This document shows positions 51,160 to 62,821 of a stretch of DNA of 64,000 nt, piece after piece. The position numbers and the translations under genes are program-made. The DNA comes from Fimicolochytrium jonesii (taxonomy: Eukaryota). The stretch's first letter is position 1. Each line of letters opens with the position of its first letter. The notes below the pieces were generated by a model, which saw only the letters and a list, made by a program, of their open reading frames with translations, was not told the DNA's origin and searched no databases. Location: the NCBI RefSeq assembly GCF_025526975.1, contig NW_026515692.1:124001-188000 (forward strand). Reading direction: 5' to 3'.

Positions 51160-54100
51160 TCATCGCAAAACCACATTCTTCACCACCGTGTGTTTCGTCC
51201 AATGCTCATTCCCGCATATAAAGTCCCCCCTGACAAGCTTGACCCTCTCCTTGAGCCAATCGCCATCATCAACGCGGATATAAATCCCCTCGGCCCGTTG
51301 CGCGGTGGCATACCGCGACGGCAAGGCGTCAAGCCTGTCTATCCATTCCTGTTTCGTTGTCAGCGGGAGAAACAGCGCCGGGTCCACAGTGGGCACGACA
51401 TGCAGGGGCGGTTCGTCGTCCAAACCAATGTCAGCGGCGTCGTTGGCGTTCGCGATGGCTTCATGGAAGCTCGCGCGGGACAGGAAGCTTCCTTTTTGCA
51501 CGTCGAGGATATCGAATGCAATGAACTTGTCCGGCAGCCGGTCGTAGAAGATTGAATGCTTGGCCACCATCCATTCTCCATACAGGACATAAGCCCCGGG
51601 CACATCACCGAGCACACGGCGCAGGCGGCGACTATGCTGATGAAGCCAATGGTTGATCGTCTCGAACTGGGGATGGGATTTACGGTTGACGTAGTGTGAG
51701 CGGTTCTGCGCGAGGAGCGTGGAGCGCGGGCCGAGGGTGATGCCGAGGTTCGCGCCATCGATTTTTTCTTCGATTGTAATGGTTTTCGAAGTCGGGCCGT
51801 GACGGGATAAAAGCATGTCCAGGCCGTGGGAGTCGCTGAGCACGATGTCGTCAGCGGACACGGAGCAGCCGCCGCTGTTGAAGAGGTGGGGGGTGCGCGG
51901 AAACTTGTAGAACCCTGTCAGCCTCTTGGCACCCTCCGTGGAGGAGAATAAAGATGGTCCGATGACCATCTCCGTTGCCGTCGCAGTCATCGTCCCTATC
52001 GGACCGGTCGCCGGTTTTGTCCGTCCTCGCTTGTTTGCACCGCAAATCCTCTCAGCAAGCGCCTCAACATCCCCCATCGACGCCACACTCCAAACCCCCA
52101 CAAAGCCCTCCTTTACTGTTGGCGCCTCCAGGTCCCTCTCAAAACCCCTCACAACCCTCTCCACCTTCCCCTTCTCCCCGCCCAATGTCGGATGGCCCTG
52201 TCGCGCACACACCCTCTTCACACAAACCTCCACGCCCGCCGTAAAATGCACCGCAACAGCATCCCGCGGCCCAAACGCGAGCTCCAACCACTGCATGCGG
52301 TCGGCGGCGCGCGTATTGCATCGGTCGAGAACGACGCGGCCGCCGCGTTTGATGATGGTGGCGATGAGCGACTCGCAGGCGCGTCGGCTACCGATGTCGT
52401 CTTGAGAGATTCGGACATATGTGTTGGCGGTTATGAGCGTGGAGTCATCGGGCGAGATGCAGCCTAGGCGGGCGCAGAAGGTCGATTTCCCCGACCCCGG
52501 GAGGCCGACGAGGATGAGCACGTTTGGATGAGGTGGGGGTTGGCCAGTGGCGAGGATGCCGGTCGACGGGATATCCATATTTTCGTTTTCTCCAGCGTCC
52601 AACCCAAACATAGAGTCGGCACCGTCTCCGTTTCCCCCCGCATCGCCATCCCCACCGCCGCTATACCGTTTCCAGCAGTGATCGACGTACGTGCGCACAA
52701 ACACCTCCTGCACCCTCGTCTCAAGACTCCCCGGCCTCGTCGCCCGCAGTACTTCAATCGCATCTGCAGCCGACATCGCCGGCGGCGTCGCGTTCGCACA
52801 ACTTCCCCCGACGCATTCCACAGCGGTGCAATCCACAACCGCGGCACGGCACGCCGCACACAACGGCGGAAGCACCGCGCACCCGAACCGGGCGAGATAG
52901 CACGCCGCAAACGTGCCCGCGCGGCCTACCCCGCCTCCACAGTGTACCAACACGGCGGGGAGGAGGGTGTCGGTGTCGTTCGCTGCTGAATGTAGGTGTT
53001 GATTGCATAGTCGCATGAAATGTTCCACTTGGGCGATAGTCGGCGCTTGCAGGTTTTCGACGGGGAGAAAGACGTTGTCGATCCCATTCGTGAACCAGGT
53101 CGCAGACAAGGGCGTCTCCTTCGTGGCGGTGACCACCAACGTGATCCCCATTTGCTTCAACGCCGCAACGTCCCCCGCATCTCGTGGCGTAGACATGACC
53201 GCCAACCGGAAGGGGACAATCCAACTAAAATTCCTGGGCAACTTGTGCCAGCGGCCATCATCGTCGCTGCTGCATACAAACTGCCGTGTTTTGGAGATGG
53301 CGGGAGGCAGGCTGTTGCCGTCGCACTTCTCGCCCGCCATGGCAGACACGATCCCGCGGCAGAGAGTATAATAAGCTCGCTTCTCCTCACCCGAAAGCCC
53401 GCTCCATAACGCCGTGTCACCTGCACCCTCGTCCCGCACGTGCAGATACAGGTACTGGTGTCCGGCGCACCGTGTCAGAGCCTTGCGAATATACACCAGC
53501 ACATCGTTGCGCGTTTTCGTATCCGCCCCATCTCTCCGTACGGCGAAAAACGCCCTCCAATACGCCATACACGCCGCGGCCCACGCACACAATTTCACGT
53601 GTGCGTCGGCGACGCGGATGAATGCGCGGAAGTCGGTATGTGAGTTCTCCCGTTGCTCTTCCGCGCACACACGCATCATGGCCTCCGCGGCTTCCAGCGC
53701 CTGCTGGTATCGTCCGGATTTGAGAGACAGCGCGCTGATGAGGTCGAGGAGAGAGACCCGGTCGGGGGTGGGGAGCGTGGGGGGTATCAACGCGATCGTG
53801 CAGAGATGTAGCGCCTCCGTCATACGCGCTTCATCAACGGGGTTCCGGAGGGCCGCGCGAGCCGCGACGCAAGCCGCCTCGGCAGTCCGTTTTGCTCGCC
53901 CCACTCCCACATCACCCGACGGCGGGTGCAGGGATCCCTGCAAAGCGGTACGCGCATCCCCGCCCACCCACAGCGAGTCCAGCCCCTTGTCCCCCGCATG
54001 CACATCCGCCTCGCTGAACCCCACCGCGACATGGACCTGTTTCCTTTCCAAGCCCAGCGGTTCCCGCACGGCGGTGGCGGCTGGCCAATGCACGGCCTTG

Positions 54101-54414
54101 AACACCCCGTCCGCGGTCCCGTCCCGCCGGTACCCCAACCCGACGTCGATCCACGACTCTCCCACGTCCGCGAACTGGTCGTGCGCGTGGAGGATGCTGC
54201 TCACCCCCTGGACTTCCGTCCCGTGGAGAAGCGTGATGTGGTGCCCCTCGCACCCGTCCCGCTCCTCGCGCCGTCGCAGCCACGCGCGCGGGACTTTGGG
54301 TATGGGCGTTCGCGTCAAACTCGCGTGTGGAGAGGGTCGCCAGTCCAGCCGCGCGGAACGGTCGATTGCGGGGCTGACGGCGACGAGTGCGCCGTTCTGA
54401 AAGTCGATTCGCAT
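51160..54414 (-). CDS. Multidomain putative RNA repair enzyme: 2H phosphoesterase, TPR-like repeats, Cys-dependent phosphatase, P-loop polynucleotide kinase, ATP-dependent RNA ligase
   Basis: HITL/HVAV; PRNFSW..MSTP..VHCGGGVGRAGT; LVGLPGSGKST..ISQD..LDRCN; KFPRTPHL..EEKIDGANLG..YGEW..AFDI..EGIY..RVKLVR. Likely ATG at 54414 (MRIDF); the ORF is open from 54753. Confidence 0.88.
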   Translation of the reverse strand: MRIDFQNGALVAVSPAIDRSARLDWRPSPHASLTRTPIPKVPRAWLRRREERDGCEGHHITLLHGTEVQGVSSILHAHDQFADVGESWIDVGLGYRRDGTADGVFKAVHWPAATAVREPLGLERKQVHVAVGFSEADVHAGDKGLDSLWVGGDARTALQGSLHPPSGDVGVGRAKRTAEAACVAARAALRNPVDEARMTEALHLCTIALIPPTLPTPDRVSLLDLISALSLKSGRYQQALEAAEAMMRVCAEEQRENSHTDFRAFIRVADAHVKLCAWAAACMAYWRAFFAVRRDGADTKTRNDVLVYIRKALTRCAGHQYLYLHVRDEGAGDTALWSGLSGEEKRAYYTLCRGIVSAMAGEKCDGNSLPPAISKTRQFVCSSDDDGRWHKLPRNFSWIVPFRLAVMSTPRDAGDVAALKQMGITLVVTATKETPLSATWFTNGIDNVFLPVENLQAPTIAQVEHFMRLCNQHLHSAANDTDTLLPAVLVHCGGGVGRAGTFAACYLARFGCAVLPPLCAACRAAVVDCTAVECVGGSCANATPPAMSAADAIEVLRATRPGSLETRVQEVFVRTYVDHCWKRYSGGGDGDAGGNGDGADSMFGLDAGENENMDIPSTGILATGQPPPHPNVLILVGLPGSGKSTFCARLGCISPDDSTLITANTYVRISQDDIGSRRACESLIATIIKRGGRVVLDRCNTRAADRMQWLELAFGPRDAVAVHFTAGVEVCVKRVCARQGHPTLGGEKGKVERVVRGFERDLEAPTVKEGFVGVWSVASMGDVEALAERICGANKRGRTKPATGPIGTMTATATEMVIGPSLFSSTEGAKRLTGFYKFPRTPHLFNSGGCSVSADDIVLSDSHGLDMLLSRHGPTSKTITIEEKIDGANLGITLGPRSTLLAQNRSHYVNRKSHPQFETINHWLHQHSRRLRRVLGDVPGAYVLYGEWMVAKHSIFYDRLPDKFIAFDILDVQKGSFLSRASFHEAIANANDAADIGLDDEPPLHVVPTVDPALFLPLTTKQEWIDRLDALPSRYATAQRAEGIYIRVDDGDWLKERVKLVRGDFICGNEHWTKHTVVKNVVLR

Positions 54415-55378
54415 TGAGCTGTCCACCTGTGATGTATAAAGCTGGGTGTGAACCTTTTTCTTCCGTTGCGAAGTGTGAGAACTTTGGGGGTTCTTACCCT
54501 GTCCGGCCAAGTGTCGGATAACGCTGACATGACTGGTATGGTTCTCTGATACACTCAAGATGCTAGGCGATTCGTGAACCGTCCAGTTATGGAGATTCGC
54601 CTGATGTGATGTGTTTGATGGAAGATGATGACTGGCAGCGAGAGGGTCTCGGCGGTGGGTGGTTTTGCTTTTGATTTGTACAGACCGGAACGTCAAGAAG
54701 AATTCCCTCTCCTCTTCGCGGGTTGCCGTAACAGAGTAAGAGTGGAGCAGCATTGAACCGAGGTGTCTCTCCCCTCACCCCGTCCCCCTCGACCTCACTT
54801 GGCATCCCAGCATGTACATATGAATTGTAAGGGCATGTTGAGGATATGCGGGTGGTGCAGTGGCCAAGCGATTGCTTGTCCTCACTTCTGACGGCATCTG
54901 ACAGCGCGTCGGAGAAGTCCCAGCCGCCATGACAAAACGAATCCCGACCCACCGTTTCTCAGAGGCCTCCACTTTTTTTTGTGCACGAACTGGGATGTGT
55001 GAAAGCGATTTTCTGCTGATCCGTGTGTCTCTCTCTCTGGTCACTGCAAAAACCCCTGGGTCCTTTGGAATCCCCGCGCGCACACACTGGTTCATCGATT
55101 GCACCGATGTAACGGAACAAAACGCAAGGATGCATATTTGCGGGGTGTATACTCTACGCAAAGGACAGAACGGGAAAAAGAGAGAAAGAAAAACAAAAGA
55201 AAAGAAAAAAAAAATCTACGAAAAGGACAGCGGGAATACGATATGTGGTGTGTATATGCATAAAGTTCAACCTCCAATCCCAAATCGACACAAAATCCCA
55301 TTGGGCGGTTAAAGAGAGTGGTGTCCGCAGTGATCGGTAAGGAGTGATGTGAATAGTACGGCCAAGAGAGGGGGGGAA

Positions 55379-58255
55379 TCACGACGAACTCACAGGCGCA
55401 TTCGCCGCCTTCCACGCCTCCACTTCCTTGGTCAGCACCTCCCTCACACTCTCCTTCAACGCCACCAACTCCTTGAGCGCGTCGGCCACAACCCCAGCGT
55501 TCCCGTCCTTCTTCGCCGTCCTAACCTTTTCGCCGACCTCACTCTGCCGTTTCTCCAACTCCTCCAATTCCCTGCTTTTGACAAACCCCTCCGGCAATGT
55601 GATCGCAGCGGCGGTAGCAGTCTTGGCCGCCGCCGCCGCCGCTTTCGCCGCCTTCCGTTTCGACGTCTTCGATTCCTCGGGGGGTGCGTCAGACGCGGCT
55701 TGGGAGCCGCCGTACTTGGCCCGCCAGATATCCACCATCTCCGGCTTGATCAGCGTAAACAGATACGTCGCTTTGCCGACAAGGTGGCCCTCGCGTATAT
55801 CCCCGCCCGTCCACGTGTCCGTGATCCGTCTCACGGGTACATTCAGCATCTCTTCGATCTGGGTGGCGGTTCCCGGCATGTAGGGGGCGATGAGGGCAGA
55901 GAGGAGGTAGGCAAGGTTCAGGGCGGTGGCGACGACCGTGTCGCATCGGGACCGGTTGTCGGAGAAGAGTTTGTTGTCCAGTTTGTTGTCTTGGAGATAG
56001 GCGTTGCCCCGGGCGGAGATGTCCATGGCCAACTTGAGGGCGTGGCGGAGTTTGACGGATTCGAGGGTTGTGATGTATTGGGTGAGGAGGGTGTTGACTT
56101 CGTGGAGGAGTTTGTGTTCCGGGGTGGGGAAATCCGTCTTGGCCGTCTCCCCAAGCCCAACCTCATTCAAATCCGGTAACGTCGCCCCAGGTACAACCCC
56201 TCCATATTTGGCCCCCACAAACTTAACGACCCGATTGACGAAATTGCCCAAATTCGCCAACAGCTCGTTATTATTCGCGGCGACAAAGCCGGCCCACGTG
56301 AACTGCGAGTCGGAGGATTCCGGGCGGTTAGCGAGGAGGTAGTAGCGCCAGACGGCTGGCGGTAAGGGGAGGGAGCGGACGTGGTTGCCAAAGACCCCGA
56401 CGGAGCGGGATTTGGAGAATTTGCCGGATTCGTATTGGAGATATTCTAAACATATAGAGAGAACGTTGCTCAGTATTCAATAACGCCAACGCCTCAATTG
56501 TAAACGTCGATAGACCCCGTCTACGCGCACACTCCCGCCCCATTCAACGCAAATGGACGACCCGATTTCGAAACCCACCAGTAGTGCTAACATGATGCAG
56601 CAAAGTCCACTCCTCCTTCGCATTCAGCAACGTAGACGGAAACACAACCGTATGGAACGGCACATTGTCCTTGCCCATGAACTGGAATAGCTGCACCTCG
56701 GCCGGGTTCTTCCACCATTTCTCCCAGTCGTCCGTGAAATTCGCCGTGATCGATGGATACCTAGGGATATCACAGGGGGAGGAAGGAAGGAGCAATACGT
56801 TAGTAATCAGCAGACAAACACAAAGAGATAGATGAGAGGCGGAAATGTGGGAGGGGTGATATAATGCATACTCACCCGATACAAGCCTCAAACCAAACAT
56901 AGAAAACCTTCTCCCTGAACCTCTCCTTGGGCACCGGCACCCCCCACTTCAAATCCCGTGTGATACACCGTTCCCTCAGTCCCTCCTTCAACCACGCTTT
57001 CGTGATATTCAACGTATTCGCACTCCACTCGCCCTTTACGCTACACTCATCGACCCACTTTTCCAATTTCTGCTGGGATTTACCGAGGTCGAGGAAGATG
57101 TGTTCTGTTTCGCGGAGGACGGGGGTGGTCTTGTCGAGCTTGCAGGTCGGGTGGAGGAGGTCGGTTGGGTCGAGGAGTTTGCCGCAGTTGTCGCATTGGT
57201 CGCCGCGGGCGTCGGGGTAGGCGCATGTGGGGCAGGTGCCTTCGACGAAGCGGTCGGCGAGGAAGCTGTACGAAAGAGTGTATTAGTAAGGTCAAGGGAG
57301 TCAACGCATTGTGAGGGGAGGAACATACGATTTGTGGTGCTCGCAGTATAACTGCGTCAAGGTCTTTGTGAAGGTCATCTCTGCCTCGATCTCCTTGTAC
57401 AGCGCTTGCGTGATCCTACAAAAGGAAACGCAAGAGAGTGAGTATACGCATTCAAAGATGAATTACCCCTCCAGGTATCCATCCACCCCCCCTTTCCCAC
57501 ACTCCCCGCTCGCTCCAAGTCCCCTCACTCACTCAGTATGCTTTTTGGTACTCGTCCGTCCAAAATGGTCAAAATCCAGCCCAAACCACTCATAAGTCGA
57601 TGCATGCACCGCATGGTACTTGTCGCACAGTTCCTGGCACGTGATCCCTTCCTCGAGTGCTTTCGTCTCGGTGGCGGTGCCGTACTCGTCGGTGCCGGAG
57701 ATGTAGAGGGTGTTGTAGCCACGGAGGCGGGAGTATCTGAAATGGGAGCGAGGGGAGGGACGGATGTGAGTGATGAGGTTGGTGGAGAGGATGGGGGGTT
57801 GATGACGAGGTGAGGGATTTCTTTGACGCACCTGGCAAACACGTCGGCGCTGAGGACGCAGCCGATGATGTTTCCGAGATGGGGGACGTTGTTGACGTAG
57901 GGGAGGGCGGAGGTGATTAAGACGTTGCGTTCGCCTTTCACGGGAAGCCTAAGATTGAGAGGAGAAGAAAGGAGAGGAGAGGAGAGGAGAGGATGATGAA
58001 TGTCAGTGGATGATTGCATAGCAAGCAGATCGTTCGCGGTAGCTCACAGCTGGAGACAACCCAATCGGCTGTGCTGTTGCTGACATTTCCTGCTCGCGTC
58101 GGTCGCCAACCCTTTCTTCTCTTTCTCGTTCCTTCCCTCAGTACTCACGTAACGGTCTCATGATGCGTGAGCTTGATGGTCACCTTCTCATCGACATTGA
58201 CGACCTTTTTGGTCTCCCCTTCCTTCTCTATACTCTTAGTCGCGGCGATAGTCAT
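55379..58255 (-). CDS. MES1: Cytosolic methionyl-tRNA synthetase with C-terminal WHEP-like domain, multi-exon
   Basis: [29 protein letters not shown], Zn knuckle, [40 protein letters not shown]. Exon 1 starts MTIAATK at 58255. Confidence 0.95.
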
Positions 58256-58645
58256 CTTGGATCTTGTAGTTGTCGAGATCGCGTAATTCTTGGCAAGTCT
58301 ATAGTCAAACCTCGCGGCGGGGAGTCCTGGCGAGTAGGATAGTAGTTGCTGTCGTTGTTGTTGGAGTGGTTGTGTGAGTGGTGAGGCGGAGAGAGTGCGA
58401 CGTGAGACAGTAACAGCGAGTCGAGAGTGGAAGTGAATTGTGACGGGGTGTGGTGGAGGTATTTTTAAGGGAATACGGAGAGGGCGTGAGTAAGCTGGAG
58501 GTTGGAGGGGTGAGGAGGGAGGAGATGAGAGTGTGGATGAGAGAGAGTGGTGGGTGGTGGTGGAAGCTGCTGCTGTTCTCGTCTCGCCGCTCTCCCTTCA
58601 GAATTCACTTCACTTCAACTCCCCGTCGTTGACTGACTGAGCAAA

Positions 58646-58696
58646 GTGAGTGAGTGAGTGGGAGAGTGAGTGAGTGGGAGAGCGAGCGAGCGAGGG
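58646..58696. repeat. (GAGT)n/(GAGC)n simple repeat between MetRS and the mucin-like gene
   Basis: GTGAGTGAGTGAGTGGGAGAGTGAGTGAGTGGGAGAGCGAGCGAGCGAG. Confidence 0.7.
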
Positions 58697-59661
58697 CGTG
58701 GCTTGCAGTGTGGCTTAGCACCCTCACATGACTCATCGGCTCTCTCACTCCAGTCAGGACGAGAAGGTGGGTGGCGCAGTACTTCATCAACTGCGCAATT
58801 CACCCACTACGTACATATACCATCCGAAACCACGTCCCAGCGCCAGAGTTGCAATTGATTGCCTCCGCCCGGATCAGACTGGCAGATCTCAGTATATATG
58901 TAGGATGGGATGAATTTGACAGCGCGCGCGAGAAACACACGCGGCGGGCGGGGGAGTCACTCCGTCCAAAATGCATTTCTCAAACCGCTGTCGCACGCAC
59001 CCACGCACCCACCCACTCACTCTTCGAAAAGAAACCGCCGGTGTCACTGATTCTTAGTACGCTGGGAAAGACAGAGATGTGTCTCTCTCGCGCACACTCC
59101 GACCTTCCATTTTGTTCCCAGAGGGAGAGACAGAGGGAGAAGTGAGAAAACAAGCGAGAGACAGAAAGTAGGGTGGCTTTATTTCCCTCCCCCCCCCCAG
59201 CCTCACTCGTTTCCCCCCTCCCCCTTCTCAGAGAGCTGCCACCACCCACTCTCCCTCCCACCGCCCTCTAGATCTACCACCACAACCAACGATACGAGAG
59301 CCGCGGAGAAGGTGTCTGCTCTGTTCTGTCTATCCACACACGCCGTCCTCCTCAAGCCTTCTAGCGCCTCTCGAACTTTACGTCACGCAGCGAGCGCCTT
59401 CCGTGGTAGAGGTGGCATACCCCTGCCACTCCTGCCTGCCTCCTCGTCAAACCCGCAAACATATACAGACAGGCCGTCTACCGCATCGGCAGGTCCGGGG
59501 ACCTCTCGGATCCCAACAACAAAACTACAACAAAGCCAACAAAAGAACAAAAGACGACAACGTCAACGGCGACGCTTGTGGAGTCCCCTTCACCGAAAGT
59601 GATCAGTGTCATTCGTCGCTTTTGGCGGCGTCACTAGAAATATAACACCGAGACAGAAGCG

Positions 59662-61095
59662 ATGGGACGATATCGCAAAGGAGGAACATGGGCAGCTGCC
59701 GCCATCCTACTCTTCATCCTCGCCACATCACCCTCGCATGACACTGCGATGGGAGTGGGATTAGGAATCGGACGTGTGCACGCCCTCCCCCTCCCGCAAC
59801 TCATCAACACCGTCACATCCGCCGTAACCGACACTGCCAACGCCGTCACGGACGCCGCGGCTGGAGTGGTGGACGCGCAGGTCAATGTCGCGGTGGACGG
59901 CGAGACGGGAACCACGCCGACGGTCGTGGACGAGGTGGTGGTGCCCACGACGGCGCAGGATAGCGTGCCCCCTGCGGTCGAGACCCCGAGGAGGCAGCAA
60001 AGGGTCGTGGATGGGGAGACGCGCGGGCGTGGAGAGGAGAGAAATGACCGTGACCGTGTGGGGAGGAAGCGTACGGGCGCGGATAGGTCTGCACCTGCAC
60101 CTGCACCTGTTGTCAACATCCCACCACCACCACCCGCTCCCCCCGTCAACGTCCCAGTCACCGCACCCCCAGCACCAGCACCGAACGTCAACACCGGAAC
60201 GACGACCCCAAACGCAAATGTACCACCACCACCCGCCCCGTTTCCGGCCCCCTTCCCCCCGACAGCCCCCTTCCCCGGCGACCTCTCCTCCCTCCCCGCC
60301 ACCGCCCGCCGCCCGCCCATCCGCGTCAACCAACGCCCTCAGGGGGATATCTCCGCCACCGCCCAGACATCCGCCTCGACTTCACCCTCCACATCCTCCC
60401 CCGCGTCCGTCGCTAATCAAAACGGACCAGAAGCAATCACCACCGACCCCTCCCCCGCCTCGGACTCCTCCTCCACAACCACCGGGTCAGCACCCACCAC
60501 CCCCGACCAGGGCCAGCCCCGCCCCGGCGCAAACAACCTCCCCCCCTTCGGCATCCCGCGGCCCCCACCCGCGCGGGGCGACAGCAACCGCACCGGCAAA
60601 ATCGCCCTCTTTGTCGGCATCGGCCTGTGCGTCTCCGCCGTCGTCATCGGCTCCATCTTCTACACAGCCACGAAAGCGCACCGGCGACGTCGGTCCCTTC
60701 CCGATGGTGGTGACAACACTCCCCGCAAACGCCGGTTCTTTGGACGCGGCGACTCGGCCGACGACGTCAAATCCCCACCCCCGGCCTACGACACCCTCAC
60801 GTCCTCCGCGTCCCGCACGACGCCGTCCCCCCCGTCCCCACTCGCTTCGGAATTCACCCTCTCGCTCGATCGCGCCCTGACAGCCACCGGCAACCGCGCC
60901 GGCAGGAAGAAGGACCACACGCGGAGCTTCCCGCCCAGCAGGGACTCGTTCACCCTGCGGTTGAGTCTCACACCCGAGTGTATGAAGGGCTGGGGCGAGA
61001 TGGACCCCCTGCCCGGTAGGGAGAGGGTCGGCGCCACCGCGCCGCGGTTGGACGAGGTGAGGGAGGCGGAGGGGAGTATATGGCGCGGGCTGTAA
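59662..61095 (+). CDS. Pro/Thr/Ser-rich single-pass membrane protein (mucin or cell-wall-sensor-like)
   Basis: N-terminal hydrophobic signal, P/T/S-rich ectodomain, TM helix IALFVGIGLCVSAVVIGSIFY, basic stop-transfer HRRRR, cytosolic PPAY motif. Confidence 0.75.
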   Translation: MGRYRKGGTWAAAAILLFILATSPSHDTAMGVGLGIGRVHALPLPQLINTVTSAVTDTANAVTDAAAGVVDAQVNVAVDGETGTTPTVVDEVVVPTTAQDSVPPAVETPRRQQRVVDGETRGRGEERNDRDRVGRKRTGADRSAPAPAPVVNIPPPPPAPPVNVPVTAPPAPAPNVNTGTTTPNANVPPPPAPFPAPFPPTAPFPGDLSSLPATARRPPIRVNQRPQGDISATAQTSASTSPSTSSPASVANQNGPEAITTDPSPASDSSSTTTGSAPTTPDQGQPRPGANNLPPFGIPRPPPARGDSNRTGKIALFVGIGLCVSAVVIGSIFYTATKAHRRRRSLPDGGDNTPRKRRFFGRGDSADDVKSPPPAYDTLTSSASRTTPSPPSPLASEFTLSLDRALTATGNRAGRKKDHTRSFPPSRDSFTLRLSLTPECMKGWGEMDPLPGRERVGATAPRLDEVREAEGSIWRGL

Positions 61096-61416
61096 GGCGA
61101 TGTGTAGGCACCCACATACATACATACACGCAAACACACACACACACATGAACGCAGCTCTCCGTTGATCCCCCTCCCCCCGCGAAGATCCGTAGTGTAT
61201 ATATCTAGTCCCCCACCACGGCGTACGGTGTTCCATTTTCATCCTGTACATGTTTTTGTTTTTCTTCGTATTACCCCATTTTTTTTTTTCCGTGATGATG
61301 TGGATTGCATGATGGGTTCCGGCGGTGGGGTCGGTGTGCGGTGTGGGGGGATGCCGTCGGAAAGAAGAGGGGCGGTGGCGAGGTTGTGGGGAGCGAGGGC
61401 ATGACAGAAAGAAGTT

Positions 61417-62818
61417 TGCATGGCGGTTTCCTCTGGTCCGACTGTTCGGAGGTGGGATCGCGGCCGCCGTGGTGTGCGAGTCGCCGGCAACCTTAGCGTC
61501 ATCGTTGTCGTGGGGTGGACTCGTTCACGTAGGCCTGGATCATCTTCGAGACCGTCGTGGGATCATACGCGATGAAGTGCGCTCCTTTGTTTTGGCCTGC
61601 GAAGCGTTACTGTACATACAGTACAGTCAGTTCGCAAACAGCTGTGCACCCCCGGAGACATAAGTCAGTGCAGAATGTTTGGACGCATCATCCTCATATC
61701 CCGGACATTGTTTCTAATACCTAGTGGTTCCCCCCCGTCTGCGGCTATGACTGCACCCATCCTTGATGGCATTGAGGCAACTACCAAAGATCCCATTCTT
61801 TGTTACGAGTCAGACTATCACGCCCCAGAAGAAGATACGCATTCCAATTTGAAGGCCATCTATGTAATGTAGAGTGCATCACCTCATGCTACAAGAGTAA
61901 GTGCCTTCCTGCTGCGCTCAAAGGTGGTCCATATGGGTCCACATTGTTTGCAGACGTAGATCCGCTTCGTACGACTGTCTGTCCTACAGTCGTCGCAATG
62001 CTGAAAGTTCCTGGCGGGTTGTTTCTCGCATGATTGGCACCACCACATCGAAACGCCATTTGCTTCCTTCCGTCCGCAGCCACGGCAGACTGGCTGTTCT
62101 GGAAATGCAGGTGGCGAGCGGAATGGCTCGATAGAACGTTCACATCCGGCACAAATGGCGATGCCGGAGGTATTCTCCGGAGAGTGACATTCGTCGCAAT
62201 GGTAAAAGTTCCTCTTCGTGGGAGTCTGACAGCCGTAGCAGTACCAGAACTCCTTGTAAAGGCCTTTCTGAACCTTCTCTGTGCAATAATAGCACAGTTC
62301 CGGTGTATGCATCTTGCCATAACGGGCCTCTCGGTTATGCAGGGTTTGGAAACGTTCAATCAACCAAGGGACGTCCAAAAAGTTCGCCAATTGCTCCGTG
62401 TTCCGCAGCGCTTGGCCAGAGGCTAGTCTAAGAAGATCCAGAAAAGGCTGTTCAGGCGTAGCTTTTGAAGAAGACGTCAAAACGTTGATTGTACAGTTAT
62501 AGGACACAGCTAAGAAACCTACCCTCCAGTTCTGAAGCGGCGACTTCAGGACTGTTTCCAGTGCAGTCCTCTTCCATGGCTTTGATAAGTTTTGAGTGCC
62601 CTCTGAGCATGTGCAAAGGTAGCTCTACAAGTCGGCGTTCGATGTTGACGGTCAGTGGTTAGTTCATGATGAGCTGAGAGCTGGGCGGACATCCATCTCT
62701 GGGAACTGCTTTTGTTTTGTTGTGCCAGTCTGCCAGAAGCTTGAGGTCCACATACCCTCAGAAGGGGCGCGCCTCGATCCCACCTCCGAGCAGTCGGTAC
62801 GGCGGTCCCACCCTATGC
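61417..62818. mobile_element. Putative non-autonomous inverted-repeat element carrying a Cys-rich gene
   Basis: CCGACTGTTCGGAGGTGGGATCGCGGC (about 61438-61464) matches the reverse complement of about 62769-62795 (CCGACTGCTCGGAGGTGGGATCGAGGC). The right side abuts the truncation point of gag. Confidence 0.5.
61884..62577 (-). CDS. Cys-rich protein with two repeats of four CxxC motifs, ZZ-zinc-finger-like
   Basis: CYYC..WYCYGC..FYHCDEC..ICAGC and CRGC..WWCQSC..FQHCDDC..VCKQC. An intron (GTAGGT..AAAG, about 62522-62462) joins MEEDC..ELE in frame. Confidence 0.65.
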
Positions 62819-62821
62819 TGG

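Noticed and set aside
53414..54400. 328-aa plus-strand ORF, and similar long ORFs such as 55349-56179, 59885-60880 and 60487-61251
   Set aside because: Antisense or alternate-frame shadows of well-supported GC-rich genes, with no motifs.
54415..54753. N-terminal 113 aa of the 1197-aa ORF
   Set aside because: Looks non-coding or UTR-like; the 2H-like domain begins at MRIDF (54414).
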